A stretch of DNA of 64,000 bases from an uncultured delta proteobacterium (GTDB lineage Bacteria; Myxococcota; Kuafuiibacteriia; Kuafuiibacteriales; Kuafuiibacteriaceae): assembly GCA_963803435.1 (NCBI GenBank), contig CAWDML010000003.1:1-64000 (forward strand), in the 5' to 3' direction. The stretch's first letter is position 1, and each line of letters begins with the position of its first letter. The translations under genes and the position numbers were made by a program. Positions 52,549-62,347 of this stretch are shown here, one piece after another. The notes below the pieces were generated by a model. The model made no database searches. It was not told the DNA's origin and saw only the letters and a list, made by a program, of their open reading frames with translations.

Positions 52549-53262
52549 ATGGCTCGAAGGCGGCGAAAGAAGACTTGGCGAGGACGCGTGCTCATCGGCG
52601 CGCTGGGCTTGCTCGTCCTGTTCGTCGTGTACGAGGTCGTCACCTGGCCCGACGTCGCAGCGCTGAAGGCCGAGCGGCCGCGAACCACCGCCTTCATCGA
52701 GCGTTACCTCGACACGCACGAGGGCGCCCGCGTGGCCTGGTCCTGGGTCGCGTACGATCAGATCCCGATGGCGTTCAAGCACGCCGTGCTCGCGGGCGAG
52801 GACATCGGTTTCCTCGGGCACCACGGGTTCGCGACCGACGAGATGGCCGACGCGCTGAAGGACACGGTCCTCGAGGGCAAGAAGCTCCGCGGCGCCTCGA
52901 CGATCACGCAACAGCTGGCGAAGAACCTCTGGCTTTCGCCGTCGCGAAACCCGTTGCGGAAGCTCAAGGAGGCCGAGCTGACGCGCGAGCTGGAGGACCA
53001 CCTGTCGAAGAAGCGGATCCTCGAGCTCTACATGAACGTGGTCGAGCTCGGCCCGGGTGTGTTCGGTGTGGAGGCGGCCGCGGAGCGGTGGTTCGGGAGT
53101 CACGCGGCCGAGCTCGCCGACGAGGACGCCGTGCGACTGGCGGCCATGCTGCCGGCGCCACGAAGGTGGAGCCCGGCGATCACCAGCCCGGCCTATCAGC
53201 GCCACGTGGAGGCGATCTACCGGCGGATGCGCGCGACCGGCTACCTACGGGAGAAGCTGTGA
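52549..53262 (+). CDS. mtgA: Monofunctional peptidoglycan transglycosylase
   Basis: ED..F..HHGF, GASTITQQLAKNL, RKLKE and KKRILELYMN. Confidence 0.92.
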   Translation: MARRRRKKTWRGRVLIGALGLLVLFVVYEVVTWPDVAALKAERPRTTAFIERYLDTHEGARVAWSWVAYDQIPMAFKHAVLAGEDIGFLGHHGFATDEMADALKDTVLEGKKLRGASTITQQLAKNLWLSPSRNPLRKLKEAELTRELEDHLSKKRILELYMNVVELGPGVFGVEAAAERWFGSHAAELADEDAVRLAAMLPAPRRWSPAITSPAYQRHVEAIYRRMRATGYLREKL

Positions 53263-53323
53263 TCCGCTCGATCGGTCATCCTCCCGGTTGGCGGATGCGT
53301 GGTGGCAAGGCTACCTGATCGAG

Positions 53324-53839
53324 ATGATCGGCCGGGAACTGAGCGAGGAGAGTCTCAAAGAAGCGGCGCTGCGCTATCTCGAGCGCTACAGCACCAGCGC
53401 CGCCCGCTTGCGGAGCGTGCTGGTGCGCCGGGTCAGGCGGCGAAGCGCAGACGACCAGGCGCGCGCGACAGCGCTCGAAGCGATCGACCGGATCGTGGTG
53501 CGATTCGCCGAGGTCGGGCTGCTCGACGATCGCGCGTACGCGGAGCGGCGCGCGGAGACCATGCACCGTCAGGGCAAGTCGCTGCGCGCGGTCCAGGCCG
53601 ATCTGATTGCGAAGGGCGTGTCCCGGGCGGTGGGGTCGGAGGTGCTGAAGGCGTTCGCGGAGAAGCTCGGCGATCCGGATCTCTCGGCGGCCATCGCGTA
53701 CGCACGGAAGCGGCGGCTCGGTCCGTTCCGGCTCGACGATTGGGATGCGCACCGCCGGCAGGACGCGGGCAAGCTCCTCCGGCGAGGGTTCGACTGGGAC
53801 GTCGTCGAGCGGGTGATGGTGCTCCAGGCTACGCCGTGA
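53324..53839 (+). CDS. recX: Regulatory protein RecX
   Basis: AALRYLERY, GLLDDRAYA, YARKRRLGPF and LLRRGF. Confidence 0.85.
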   Translation: MIGRELSEESLKEAALRYLERYSTSAARLRSVLVRRVRRRSADDQARATALEAIDRIVVRFAEVGLLDDRAYAERRAETMHRQGKSLRAVQADLIAKGVSRAVGSEVLKAFAEKLGDPDLSAAIAYARKRRLGPFRLDDWDAHRRQDAGKLLRRGFDWDVVERVMVLQATP

Positions 53840-54662
53840 GCGACTCGGACGGGACCGGCGCGGACTTCTCCGGCGCCGGCACCTGGCGGGCTCGCGTGAA
53901 CAGGTAGATGCCGAAGGCGAACGCGATCAGGGACGCATACTGGGCCGGCGTGAGCCCGAGGTAGCGGACGTCGCCGCCCTGGTCGGGACCCACGCGGAGG
54001 AACTCGAGGAAGAAGCGGACCGGCGCATACGAGACGCACAGGAGTGCCGGATAGAACCCGCGCCGGAACCGGAGCTTCGGCCACAGCCGATTGACGCCGA
54101 AGAACAGCGCCACGATGACCACCCACCAGAGCGCCTCTTCGAGGCCGAGGTCGTGGCGGATGCCGCCGGGCGCGTGCACCCCGAAGTCGACGCCGAGGAA
54201 GAAGGTCGTGAGGTGCCCCGGGTGGTCGTGCGCGAACGCGCAGCCGACCCGCCCGAACATCCAGCCGACCGGGAGCGCGAAGGCGGCGGCGTCGGCGATG
54301 CGGGCGATCGACTGATCGGGGTTGCGGAGCGCGAAGATGGCGAGGCCGATCAACGCGCCGATGAGGCCGGCATAGCTGGCGAGCGACTCCCAGATGCGCA
54401 GCAAGGACAGCGGGTCCTCGATGATCTTCTGCGGCTCGTAGAAGAGGATCCCGAGCATGTGGCCGCCGATGAAGCCGGCCAGGAGCAGGTGGCCGAGCGC
54501 GCTCGACATGACCTTGCGGTCGATGCCGATGGCCTCGGCCCGGCGCGTGGCCAGGTGCTCGGCCAGGAGCACGCCGGTGGCGACGAAGACGCCGAACGCA
54601 TGGATGGTGACGATCCCGAGGTCCCACGGACCGAGCTGGAGGTAGGGCAGAGTCCCGAACAC
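53829..54662 (-). CDS. lgt: Prolipoprotein diacylglyceryl transferase family protein
   Basis: SYAGLIG, D....ALPVGWMFGRVGC, HDLGLEEA and RFFLEFLR. Confidence 0.85.
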   Translation of the reverse strand: MFGTLPYLQLGPWDLGIVTIHAFGVFVATGVLLAEHLATRRAEAIGIDRKVMSSALGHLLLAGFIGGHMLGILFYEPQKIIEDPLSLLRIWESLASYAGLIGALIGLAIFALRNPDQSIARIADAAAFALPVGWMFGRVGCAFAHDHPGHLTTFFLGVDFGVHAPGGIRHDLGLEEALWWVVIVALFFGVNRLWPKLRFRRGFYPALLCVSYAPVRFFLEFLRVGPDQGGDVRYLGLTPAQYASLIAFAFGIYLFTRARQVPAPEKSAPVPSESLTA

Positions 54663-54696
54663 GGCGCAAGAACCCCTAACTGCTCGCGTTTGTTCC

Positions 54697-57600
54697 TCAG
54701 AACTGCGAGCCCAGCTGGAAGTATACGCCGCCTTTCGCGTCCGTCGGCGAGAAGTCTTCGGCCTTCGGCTTTACCACCGGATACGCGTAGCCGAGGCGCA
54801 GGGTCAGCGGCAGCGCGTACGCCAGGATCAGATCGGCCCTGAGCTCGGCGCCGAGCCCGACGGCGAACGGATCGAAGAAGCGATCTTTGATCGCGTCGAG
54901 GGTCACCTTGTCGAACGTGCGCCCGAAGTCCGCGAACAGTCCCACGTGGACCACGCGGACCGCGATCGGCAGGGTCCCGAGCCCGCGATCGACGCGGAAC
55001 AACGGCGCCCGGTACTCGACCGATCCCGAGATCACGCCGGTGCCCGTGAGCGCGTCGACCGGGAGCCCGCGCAGGCTGTAGCTGTTCTCCGTGGTGGTGG
55101 TGAGCAGGCTCTGGCCCGCGTCGCCGCCCAGCGTGAACAGCTCGACGGTGTCGGGACCCGCGCCGAAGCCGACCCCGAGGCGCGCGGCCAGCACGTGGTT
55201 CTTGGCCCAGCGCCAGGGCCAGGGGATGTCGAGGTAGTAGCGGCCCTCGGCGGTGAGGAGGAACTGCTCGTAGTCGCTGCCGAGGCCTCTCGAGTACGCG
55301 CTCAGCCCGATGCCGAACGTCGGTCCCCGCTCGAGCGAGATCGAGTATGGGAACGCACGCACGTTCCCGTAGGTATAGCCGAGCGTGACCCGGGCGAAGT
55401 TGCCCGCCCTCGGCCGGCCCACCACCACGGTGGTCTCGGGGATGTCGTTGAGGAGATGTCGGTTCTCGAAGCGGTAGCCGAGGCTGATGAGGTGGCGCTG
55501 CAGCACCGGCAGCGAGATCGCGACCTGCGCCGTCAGCCGGCGCTCCTTGTAGAAGTCCCTCCGCCCGCAGAAGCGCCGCCCGTCGTCGAGATCGACGGTC
55601 GCGTCCGGTCCGCCCGGGCAGTCGGTGAGTGGATCCACTGGATCGAAGAACGACAGCCCATAGGCGCGCGCGTTGGCGCCGGCGAGGAAGGCGAAGGTCG
55701 GCTCGAACACGTCGAGGAAGTAGGCCGCATCGCCGCCGAGGAACTTGGTGAGCGACCCGTAGTTCAGATCGAGGATGTACGTATGCGTGCCGCGGGCGTC
55801 CGTGCCGAAGTGGCTGAGCGACGCGAACACCTCGCGCTCATTGGCGGAAACGGACGGGTAGAGGTTCCAGTTGTCGTGGAAGGGGAGCAGCGTGCTGGCC
55901 GCCGAGTAGTCGTCGATCTCCCAGCCCTCGGGCAGCGGATCCGGCAGAGGTGTCCCCGCCGACGGCGCCGGCGGCGGGATGTCCGGCGAGCGCGGATCGC
56001 GCGGCGGCCAGGCGCGCTCGAAGCGATCGTGCTCTACCGGCGGCTGGAGCTCGATCGTCACCGGTACGCCCTTCTCCGGCTCGAACGGGAGGCGGTAGAC
56101 GTCGAAGCCGTCGGCCGAGTAGCCGCGGTAGATGATCGAGCGACCGTCGGGCGTGACGCAGGGCTGGAACGCGCCCGTGATCAGGTTGGTGAGGCGGCGC
56201 GTGAGACCGGTGGCGGGCTCGAAGGCGTACAGGTTGTAGATGCCGGTCCGGTCGGAGGAGAAGACGATGAACCGGCCGTCGGGCGACCAGGTCGGGTCGG
56301 TGTCCTGCTCCCGATCGCGCGTGACCTCGCGGACCAGGCGGCCCTCGAGATCGTAGACGACGACGTCGCGCCGTCCGCCCTGAAAGCGCCCCACCGCGAT
56401 CCGATCGCCGTCCGGTGAGAAGCGCGGGTTCGCGAAGATCACGTCGGGTGCCGCCGGCACGATCACCTTGGGGTGGATCGTGACGCCGTCCGACTCGAGC
56501 CAGGCCAGTACGATCCGGTTGGAGCCGTCGGGCGTCTGCACGAACACCAGCCGCTTGCCGTCCTTCGAGAGGTCGGGATCGCGGGCCCGCAGCGAGCCCG
56601 AGGGCGCCCGGAACCCCTCCGGCTCATTGGGGTCGAGGTCGACCCGCGTGAGATCGTCCTTCTCGAGGTCGTAGCGGAAGATGCTGTTGTGCTCGTAGAA
56701 CCGCTGGTTGATCTCGGTCTGCTGGAAGTAGAAGGCGCTGCCGTCCGGGGTGAACGTGATCGACTGGCTGAGGGCGTCGTCCACCAGCGCCTCGTCCTTC
56801 ATGGTGGCGAGCTCGAGGCGCCGCACCCGCGCCCCGTCGATCGGTGAGCTGGTGGAGAAGATGACGAACTTGCCGTCGGGCGTGATCCGCGGCCCGACCG
56901 ACTCGCCGCCGTGGAAGGTGAGGCGCTCGGGGACGGTCTCGGCGGGCGTGGCGGTCCTGACCAGCTCGCGGATGCGCGCCGCCTCGCCCTTCATCTCGTC
57001 CTCGAAGGCGAGCCAGAGCGACTCCATGCTGGTGTCGAACTTCAGCTTGGCAGGCAGGTACGTGAAGTAAGGGATGGGATCGGACGCATAGGCGCGGTGA
57101 TAGGCGAGCAGCGTCTCCTCGCCGTAGTGCTCGGCGAGCCAGAGCTGGAAGCGCCCGCCGAAGAAGTAGGCGACGTTGGCGAACGGCCAGTCGGGATACG
57201 CGCGGTAGCCCTGGTCGATCGGCGGGAAGCGATCCTCGAGCGCGGCCGTGCGGATCACCATGTCGACGTAGGTGCTGCGCCCGCGGCCGGCGCCGGACGC
57301 GACGGTCTCCTCGTAGACCGCCAGGCCTTCGGTCACCCAGGCCGCCGAGTACTGGTTCATCGCCACGTACTTCCCGAAGACCAGCCGCCCGATCCACGGC
57401 AGCCCGTAGGCCATGTCGAGGTGGAAGATGTGGGCCATCTCGTGCTGGATGACGGTACAGAGCCAGTCGTCCATGTCCTCGAGCCCGGACACGCGCGTGG
57501 GCGCGGTGACGTAGAGCGTGATGACCTTGTTCGGCGTGATGCTGGCGCTGCCGTTGGCGTAGTCGGTCTGGTCGTCGATGACGATGCTGATGCGGCCGTC

Positions 57601-57825
57601 GGGCTCCCAGTCGTAGCGCTGGACCAGGAACGGGCGCGTATCCTCGGCAATCCGGGCCGCGCGCAGGGCGAGCTGTCCGTAGCCCTTGGGGAACATCACC
57701 TGGAAGTGGGGCGTGGTCAGCGTGCGATAGGGGACCTCCGGGTCGTACGGACCGGCTGCGCGGGCGCTCGACCCCGACGAGGCGCAGACGACGAGCGCGA
57801 CAACTGCAAGGCGCCTTGCGCTCAT
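54697..57825 (-). CDS. Gluzincin-like peptidase + PD40/TolB-like propeller + Omp85-type barrel fusion
   Basis: Signal peptide; HEMAH..WVTEGLAVYEE; FSPDG/WSPDG repeats; SLRG, SVEYRAPL, FADFG and terminal YFQLGSQF. Confidence 0.8.
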   Translation of the reverse strand: MSARRLAVVALVVCASSGSSARAAGPYDPEVPYRTLTTPHFQVMFPKGYGQLALRAARIAEDTRPFLVQRYDWEPDGRISIVIDDQTDYANGSASITPNKVITLYVTAPTRVSGLEDMDDWLCTVIQHEMAHIFHLDMAYGLPWIGRLVFGKYVAMNQYSAAWVTEGLAVYEETVASGAGRGRSTYVDMVIRTAALEDRFPPIDQGYRAYPDWPFANVAYFFGGRFQLWLAEHYGEETLLAYHRAYASDPIPYFTYLPAKLKFDTSMESLWLAFEDEMKGEAARIRELVRTATPAETVPERLTFHGGESVGPRITPDGKFVIFSTSSPIDGARVRRLELATMKDEALVDDALSQSITFTPDGSAFYFQQTEINQRFYEHNSIFRYDLEKDDLTRVDLDPNEPEGFRAPSGSLRARDPDLSKDGKRLVFVQTPDGSNRIVLAWLESDGVTIHPKVIVPAAPDVIFANPRFSPDGDRIAVGRFQGGRRDVVVYDLEGRLVREVTRDREQDTDPTWSPDGRFIVFSSDRTGIYNLYAFEPATGLTRRLTNLITGAFQPCVTPDGRSIIYRGYSADGFDVYRLPFEPEKGVPVTIELQPPVEHDRFERAWPPRDPRSPDIPPPAPSAGTPLPDPLPEGWEIDDYSAASTLLPFHDNWNLYPSVSANEREVFASLSHFGTDARGTHTYILDLNYGSLTKFLGGDAAYFLDVFEPTFAFLAGANARAYGLSFFDPVDPLTDCPGGPDATVDLDDGRRFCGRRDFYKERRLTAQVAISLPVLQRHLISLGYRFENRHLLNDIPETTVVVGRPRAGNFARVTLGYTYGNVRAFPYSISLERGPTFGIGLSAYSRGLGSDYEQFLLTAEGRYYLDIPWPWRWAKNHVLAARLGVGFGAGPDTVELFTLGGDAGQSLLTTTTENSYSLRGLPVDALTGTGVISGSVEYRAPLFRVDRGLGTLPIAVRVVHVGLFADFGRTFDKVTLDAIKDRFFDPFAVGLGAELRADLILAYALPLTLRLGYAYPVVKPKAEDFSPTDAKGGVYFQLGSQF

Positions 57826-58715
57826 CCCTCGGCCTTGATCAATTCCTCGAACGCGCGGAGGAGATCCTGCGGAGAGACTCGATACTTCTTTCCGCACAGA
57901 TCGCAGCCGACCTCGACCGGTCGCTCCTCGGACGCCATCTCCGCCAGGTCCTTCACACCGAACATGTGGAGTGAGGCCAGCACGTGCTCGCGGGAGCAGC
58001 GGCAGCGATAGAGGATGGGCACCGGGCTGTCCACGAGCTCTGCGTCGGCGGAGACGAAGTCGAGCAGCGCCTCCGGGCCGTCGATCGTCTCGAGCGCGCG
58101 CGCCAGGCCGCCGTCGCGCAACCGCTCGGAGAGCGCCTGGAGCCGGGTCTTGTCGCCGTCCGGCATCGCGTGCACGAAGACGCCGGCGGCCCGCGTGAGC
58201 CGGGCGCGCGCATCGAGCACGACGTCACAGACCACCAGCGTGGGTGTCTGGACCGAGCTCGTCAGGTAGCTCTCGAGATCCTCGTCGATCTCGCCGCTGA
58301 CCAGGGGCGTCGCGCTCTGCGCGTACTCGCCCGAGGTGAGCCGCCGGATCACGGAGATCCGACCGGGGAGCACGGCGGGACCGAGCGATCGGCGCCGGCT
58401 CTCCCGCTCGCGCTCGGTGATCGGGAAGGCCAGCTGCGGGACCTTGACCATGCCGCGAGCGGCGCCCTCGTGGGTGCAATCGGCGTACAAGCTGCCGATG
58501 CGGCCGCGGCTCAGGATCTGCACGCTCGTCGATCCCGCCGCGGAGCGGGTCAGGGCGAGGAGCGCGGTGCCGGTCAAGAGCCGTCCCAGCGCGACGGTCG
58601 AGGTGGCGGCCAGGCCGTGCACCGCCTGCGCTTCGCGGACCAGATCGGTGGTCAGCGCGACCGCGATCTCGAGCCGCGCTTCCTTGTGGGTGGCTCTGAG
58701 GCAGACGTCGCCCAC
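57822..58715 (-). CDS. hslO: Hsp33 redox-regulated chaperone
   Basis: ALGRLLTG, SGEIDEDL..Y..S.Q.P, and CRCS and CDLC zinc motifs. Confidence 0.9.
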   Translation of the reverse strand: MGDVCLRATHKEARLEIAVALTTDLVREAQAVHGLAATSTVALGRLLTGTALLALTRSAAGSTSVQILSRGRIGSLYADCTHEGAARGMVKVPQLAFPITERERESRRRSLGPAVLPGRISVIRRLTSGEYAQSATPLVSGEIDEDLESYLTSSVQTPTLVVCDVVLDARARLTRAAGVFVHAMPDGDKTRLQALSERLRDGGLARALETIDGPEALLDFVSADAELVDSPVPILYRCRCSREHVLASLHMFGVKDLAEMASEERPVEVGCDLCGKKYRVSPQDLLRAFEELIKAEG

Positions 58716-59317
58716 TTGGAGGCCAGACTAGCATCGATCTCGGCCTGGAGGGACGCGACCCCCTTGCGCGACCCGCGCGTCGCCCGTGTTCGGAAGGACG
58801 TATCGCGCCGGGCGAGATCCTCGATCGCGACGCACGTGTGTTGCGCCTCCACGATCGCGATCGCAGCCTTCACGTGGAAGTGCTCGGCGAGCGCGTCGAC
58901 GATCCAGCGGCCGAGGTCCTCCTGGAGCACCAGGCGGTGGGCGAGCGTATCGACGAGCCGGCCGAGCCGCGCCAGGCCCGGCGCCCGATCCTTGGGGACG
59001 AACGCGACGTGGACGGCGCCCCGCGCCGGCGTGAGGTGGTGGGGACAGAGGAAGAGGACGGGCAGATGGGTGGCGACCACCGGGTCGTCGCTGGAGACGG
59101 GAAACCCTTTTCCGAGGGCCTGGGCCGGGGTGGTTCGATACCCGGCGGCGAGCAGGTCGAGGTATGCACCTGCCGCCCGGTCGGGGGTTTCGGCGAGGGC
59201 GGGATCGTCGGGATCCAGTCCGAGCGCGTCGAGGAGGGCCCGGACCGCGGCCCGTGCAGCGGCGCGATCCGGCGTCTTGGTCGCATGGAGGACGGATCCT
59301 CGGGCCTGCCGCGTCAT
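58652..59317 (-). CDS. folE: GTP cyclohydrolase I family protein (divergent)
   Basis: LAETPDRAA, LCPHHL, GLARLGRLV, RLVLQE and EAQHTC. Confidence 0.8.
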   Translation of the reverse strand: MTRQARGSVLHATKTPDRAAARAAVRALLDALGLDPDDPALAETPDRAAGAYLDLLAAGYRTTPAQALGKGFPVSSDDPVVATHLPVLFLCPHHLTPARGAVHVAFVPKDRAPGLARLGRLVDTLAHRLVLQEDLGRWIVDALAEHFHVKAAIAIVEAQHTCVAIEDLARRDTSFRTRATRGSRKGVASLQAEIDASLASKWATSASEPPTRKRGSRSRSR

Positions 59318-59368
59318 GGGCGCAGAGACCGGAGAAGGGGCGGGCGGGTCAAGGTGGAACGGTTCCGT

Positions 59369-59394
59369 TTGACAGCCACCGAAATTTGCTGTCA
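59369..59394. promoter_or_regulatory. Dyad site TGACAGC-N11-GCTGTCA overlapping a TTGACA hexamer between divergent folE and ribA
   Basis: TGACAGC at 59370-76, GCTGTCA at 59388-94 and TTGACA at 59369-74. Confidence 0.5.
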
Positions 59395-59411
59395 GGAAGA
59401 GTACTTAGCCC

Positions 59412-60053
59412 ATGATTCTCCCCTCGGTGGCAGCGGTGAGCTCGGCCCGGACCGTGGTTCGGTACGCAGAAGCGTCGATGCCGACGCATCGCGGCGACGT
59501 CCGTATCCTCATCTACCGAGAGACCCAGAACGGGGTCGCCGATCCCGATCACGAGCATGTGGCGATTCTCTTCGGTGAGCTGTCCAAGGCCGGCGAGGAG
59601 GTGCTGGTCCGGGTCCACAGCGAATGCATGACGTCCGAGGTCTTCGGATCGTTGAAGTGCGACTGCAAGCAGCAGCTCGATCACGCGATGGACAGCATGA
59701 AGGCGGCCGGTGAGGGCGTTCTCATCTACCTCCGCCAGGAGGGGCGCGGGATCGGTCTCGGGAACAAAGTGCGGGCCTACGCGCTCCAGAACATGGGCGC
59801 CGATACGATCCAGGCCAACCATCAGCTCGGGTTCGAGACCGACCTCCGGACGTACGACATCGCCGCGGGCGTCCTCCACGATCTGGGCGTTCGCAGCGTG
59901 CGCCTCATGACGAACAACCCGCTCAAGATCCGCGGGCTCGAGGCGTACGGCATCCCCGTGAAGGCGCGACTGCCGATCAACGTGGAGGCCTCCGAGCATT
60001 CGGCCGACTACCTCCGGACCAAGTTCGAGAAGCTCGGCCACCTGATCGAATAG
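59412..60053 (+). CDS. ribA: GTP cyclohydrolase II
   Basis: VRVHSEC, SLKCDC, RQEGRGIGLGNK and LMTNNP. Confidence 0.95.
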   Translation: MILPSVAAVSSARTVVRYAEASMPTHRGDVRILIYRETQNGVADPDHEHVAILFGELSKAGEEVLVRVHSECMTSEVFGSLKCDCKQQLDHAMDSMKAAGEGVLIYLRQEGRGIGLGNKVRAYALQNMGADTIQANHQLGFETDLRTYDIAAGVLHDLGVRSVRLMTNNPLKIRGLEAYGIPVKARLPINVEASEHSADYLRTKFEKLGHLIE

Positions 60054-60084
60054 ATCTCGCCTCGCGTGGACCTCACCCGCTCGG

Positions 60085-61677
60085 GTGATGGGACCGAATA
60101 CCCACGAGGCGTCATCTAGCTCGATGACCAACACATCGAGCATCGACTACGACGTCATCATCGTCGGCGGCGGCATCTCGGGGCTGATCGCGGCCGACGC
60201 TCTCCTCGAGCGGGGCAAGCGCGTTCTGGTCATCGAGCGGGATCGGTGGGGCGGTCGCCTTCAGACCGAGCGATACCAGGGAACGCCCGTGGAGACCGGG
60301 CCGACGTACATCGGGCCGACGCAGCGACACATGCAACACCTCGTGCGAAGGTTCGGCCTGACGACGCTGCGCACGTTCTTCAAGCCCGGCTACTCCAGCG
60401 TCAATCACTTCCAGCTCGGCCCCGTCTGCGTGCCGAGCCACTTCGAGGGCACCACGCACGTGTCGGTGCCCGGCATCGAGGACGCGATCACGAATCTCGA
60501 CCAGATGACGGCGCGGGTGGCCTCGAATCTCGACGAGCCGTGGCTCACGCCGGGGGCCGTCGAGCTCGACGCCATGAGCGTGGAGGACTGGGCGAAGAGA
60601 GGGCTCACGGGCGCGTTCTCGATGGTGATGCGCAGGCTCCTCGAGACGTTCGTGCGGAGCATCCTCTCCGTCGAGCTCCGCGAGATCTCGATGCTCTACT
60701 TTCTGTACTATTGCGCGCGCTGCGGCGGGTTCCGGTACATGACCTCCGCCGTGGACTACGGCCCGGACTCGCTGCGGATCGTCGAGGGCAATTCCACGAT
60801 CATCGAACGGTTGGTTGACCGGCTGGAGAGCGGGGGCGCGACGCTCGTGCAAGGAACCGGGGTGTCGACGATCGAGGAGCCGAAGGACGCCGAGTACGTG
60901 TGCGTCAGCTTCGGGTCCTCGACCAAGACCGCGCGCTACGTGATCGTCGCCGTGCCGCCGAAGAGCTCGCTCGCCATCAGGTTCCGGCCCGAGCTGCCGG
61001 AGGATCGCCGCCACATCGCCTCGAGCATGAAGATGGGACGGACGTTCAAGGGCTTCGTGTTCTATCCGACGCCCTGGTGGCGCGGGGGCACGGAGCACGC
61101 GCTGTCGACGCCGGTCGAGCTGCTCGAGCAGATGCTGGGCTCACCACCCCCGCTGACGACGATGCTCGAGGGCGTCCACGCGATCCTCCATCCGCGCTAC
61201 TCGGGCTACACGAACGGCGACTGCCACCCGATCATCTGGACGATGGACGCCACCTGGGAGGATCCGACCGGTGCGCCTTTGAACCCGGCGATCATGTGGT
61301 TCGCCACGGCCGACTTCGCCAAGGCGATCGCCGACATCTTGCCCGATCAGACGGCGCTTCAACGGTTCCTGCATGGAACGCTGGTGAAGCTCTTCCGAGG
61401 CTGCGCGCCCGACGAGCCGCTCGGGGTCCGCTGCTACGATCACTATGACGGCGGCGCCGGCGCAGGCCCGGCCGGCGTGCTGCCGCCCGGCGTTCTGACC
61501 ACCTCCGGCCCTGCGCTGCGAAGAGCACACGGACGCGTGCACTGGGCGGGCACCGAGGTCGCGCTCTACTGGGGCGGGTATCTGGAAGGGGCCGCCGACG
61601 CGGGCCTGCGCGCGGCGCAGACCGTCGATCGCCTGCTGGGCGGCGGCGTCACGACCCCGTTCTGGCCGGAGTTTTAG
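60085..61677 (+). CDS. Flavin monoamine oxidase family protein
   Basis: IVGGGISGL, WGGRL, GPTQ, YPTPWW and HWAGTE..WGGYLEGA. Confidence 0.9.
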   Translation: MMGPNTHEASSSSMTNTSSIDYDVIIVGGGISGLIAADALLERGKRVLVIERDRWGGRLQTERYQGTPVETGPTYIGPTQRHMQHLVRRFGLTTLRTFFKPGYSSVNHFQLGPVCVPSHFEGTTHVSVPGIEDAITNLDQMTARVASNLDEPWLTPGAVELDAMSVEDWAKRGLTGAFSMVMRRLLETFVRSILSVELREISMLYFLYYCARCGGFRYMTSAVDYGPDSLRIVEGNSTIIERLVDRLESGGATLVQGTGVSTIEEPKDAEYVCVSFGSSTKTARYVIVAVPPKSSLAIRFRPELPEDRRHIASSMKMGRTFKGFVFYPTPWWRGGTEHALSTPVELLEQMLGSPPPLTTMLEGVHAILHPRYSGYTNGDCHPIIWTMDATWEDPTGAPLNPAIMWFATADFAKAIADILPDQTALQRFLHGTLVKLFRGCAPDEPLGVRCYDHYDGGAGAGPAGVLPPGVLTTSGPALRRAHGRVHWAGTEVALYWGGYLEGAADAGLRAAQTVDRLLGGGVTTPFWPEF

Positions 61678-62183
61678 GCGGGTCGGAGCCCGACGCAGAA
61701 CGGGCAGAGCTCGTCGGCCAGGTGGCGCCGGCGGCAGTCCACGCACCAGAGGATCCACAGAAAGGCGCGGTGGCCGCCCCACGTGAAGTGGTCGGAGGCG
61801 CAGGCGATCCGATCGGAGGCGGGCTGGAGGAGCTGCGCGGTGGGGATCTCGATCCGGATCGGGCGGGCGATCTCGGCCTCGAGCGGGACAGAGGCGAGGA
61901 AGAGGACGCCGCCGATCGGGGCGCCGCCCATGGTCGAGAGGTCGACGGGAGCCGCGTTCAGCTCGCGCAGCGCGTAGCCGTACGCCGACTCGAGGCCCCG
62001 ATCGAAGGGAGGCTCGCTACACCAGGCCACGCGGCGCGCCGAGTGAACGGGCGAGGGACCGCGCGCACCGGCCTCGAGCGAGAAGAGGCCGTCCCGGGCG
62101 CGCATGCGCCACTCAGGGGCCAGCTCGACCTCGAGGCGGTGGAGGGGCTCCGGCGTCGGGATGAACGGGAGGCGCAGCGGCAT
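61674..62183 (-). CDS. Hypothetical protein with C-terminal CxxC..CxxC zinc-ribbon-like motif
   Basis: CVDC..CPFC; convergent 4-bp overlap with the oxidase stop. Confidence 0.55.
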   Translation of the reverse strand: MPLRLPFIPTPEPLHRLEVELAPEWRMRARDGLFSLEAGARGPSPVHSARRVAWCSEPPFDRGLESAYGYALRELNAAPVDLSTMGGAPIGGVLFLASVPLEAEIARPIRIEIPTAQLLQPASDRIACASDHFTWGGHRAFLWILWCVDCRRRHLADELCPFCVGLRPA

Positions 62184-62347
62184 TCGAGTCGATTGTGGCC
62201 GCGTCCTTTACTTCCCCCCCATCGCCCGAGCAGGGCGCAGCCGACCGGACTGCCTACCGGGCTGGACGCCGCGTCCAGTGGAGTGGACGGTCAACGTCCC
62301 TCGCGACAGGGCGCCCTCCTGGAACATCGTTTGCCTCGGGTCGGGCC

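Noticed and set aside
58652-58715. 64-bp folE/hslO overlap as another frameshift
   Set aside because: No extra-base signature was found; a short C-terminal run-on is a sufficient explanation.
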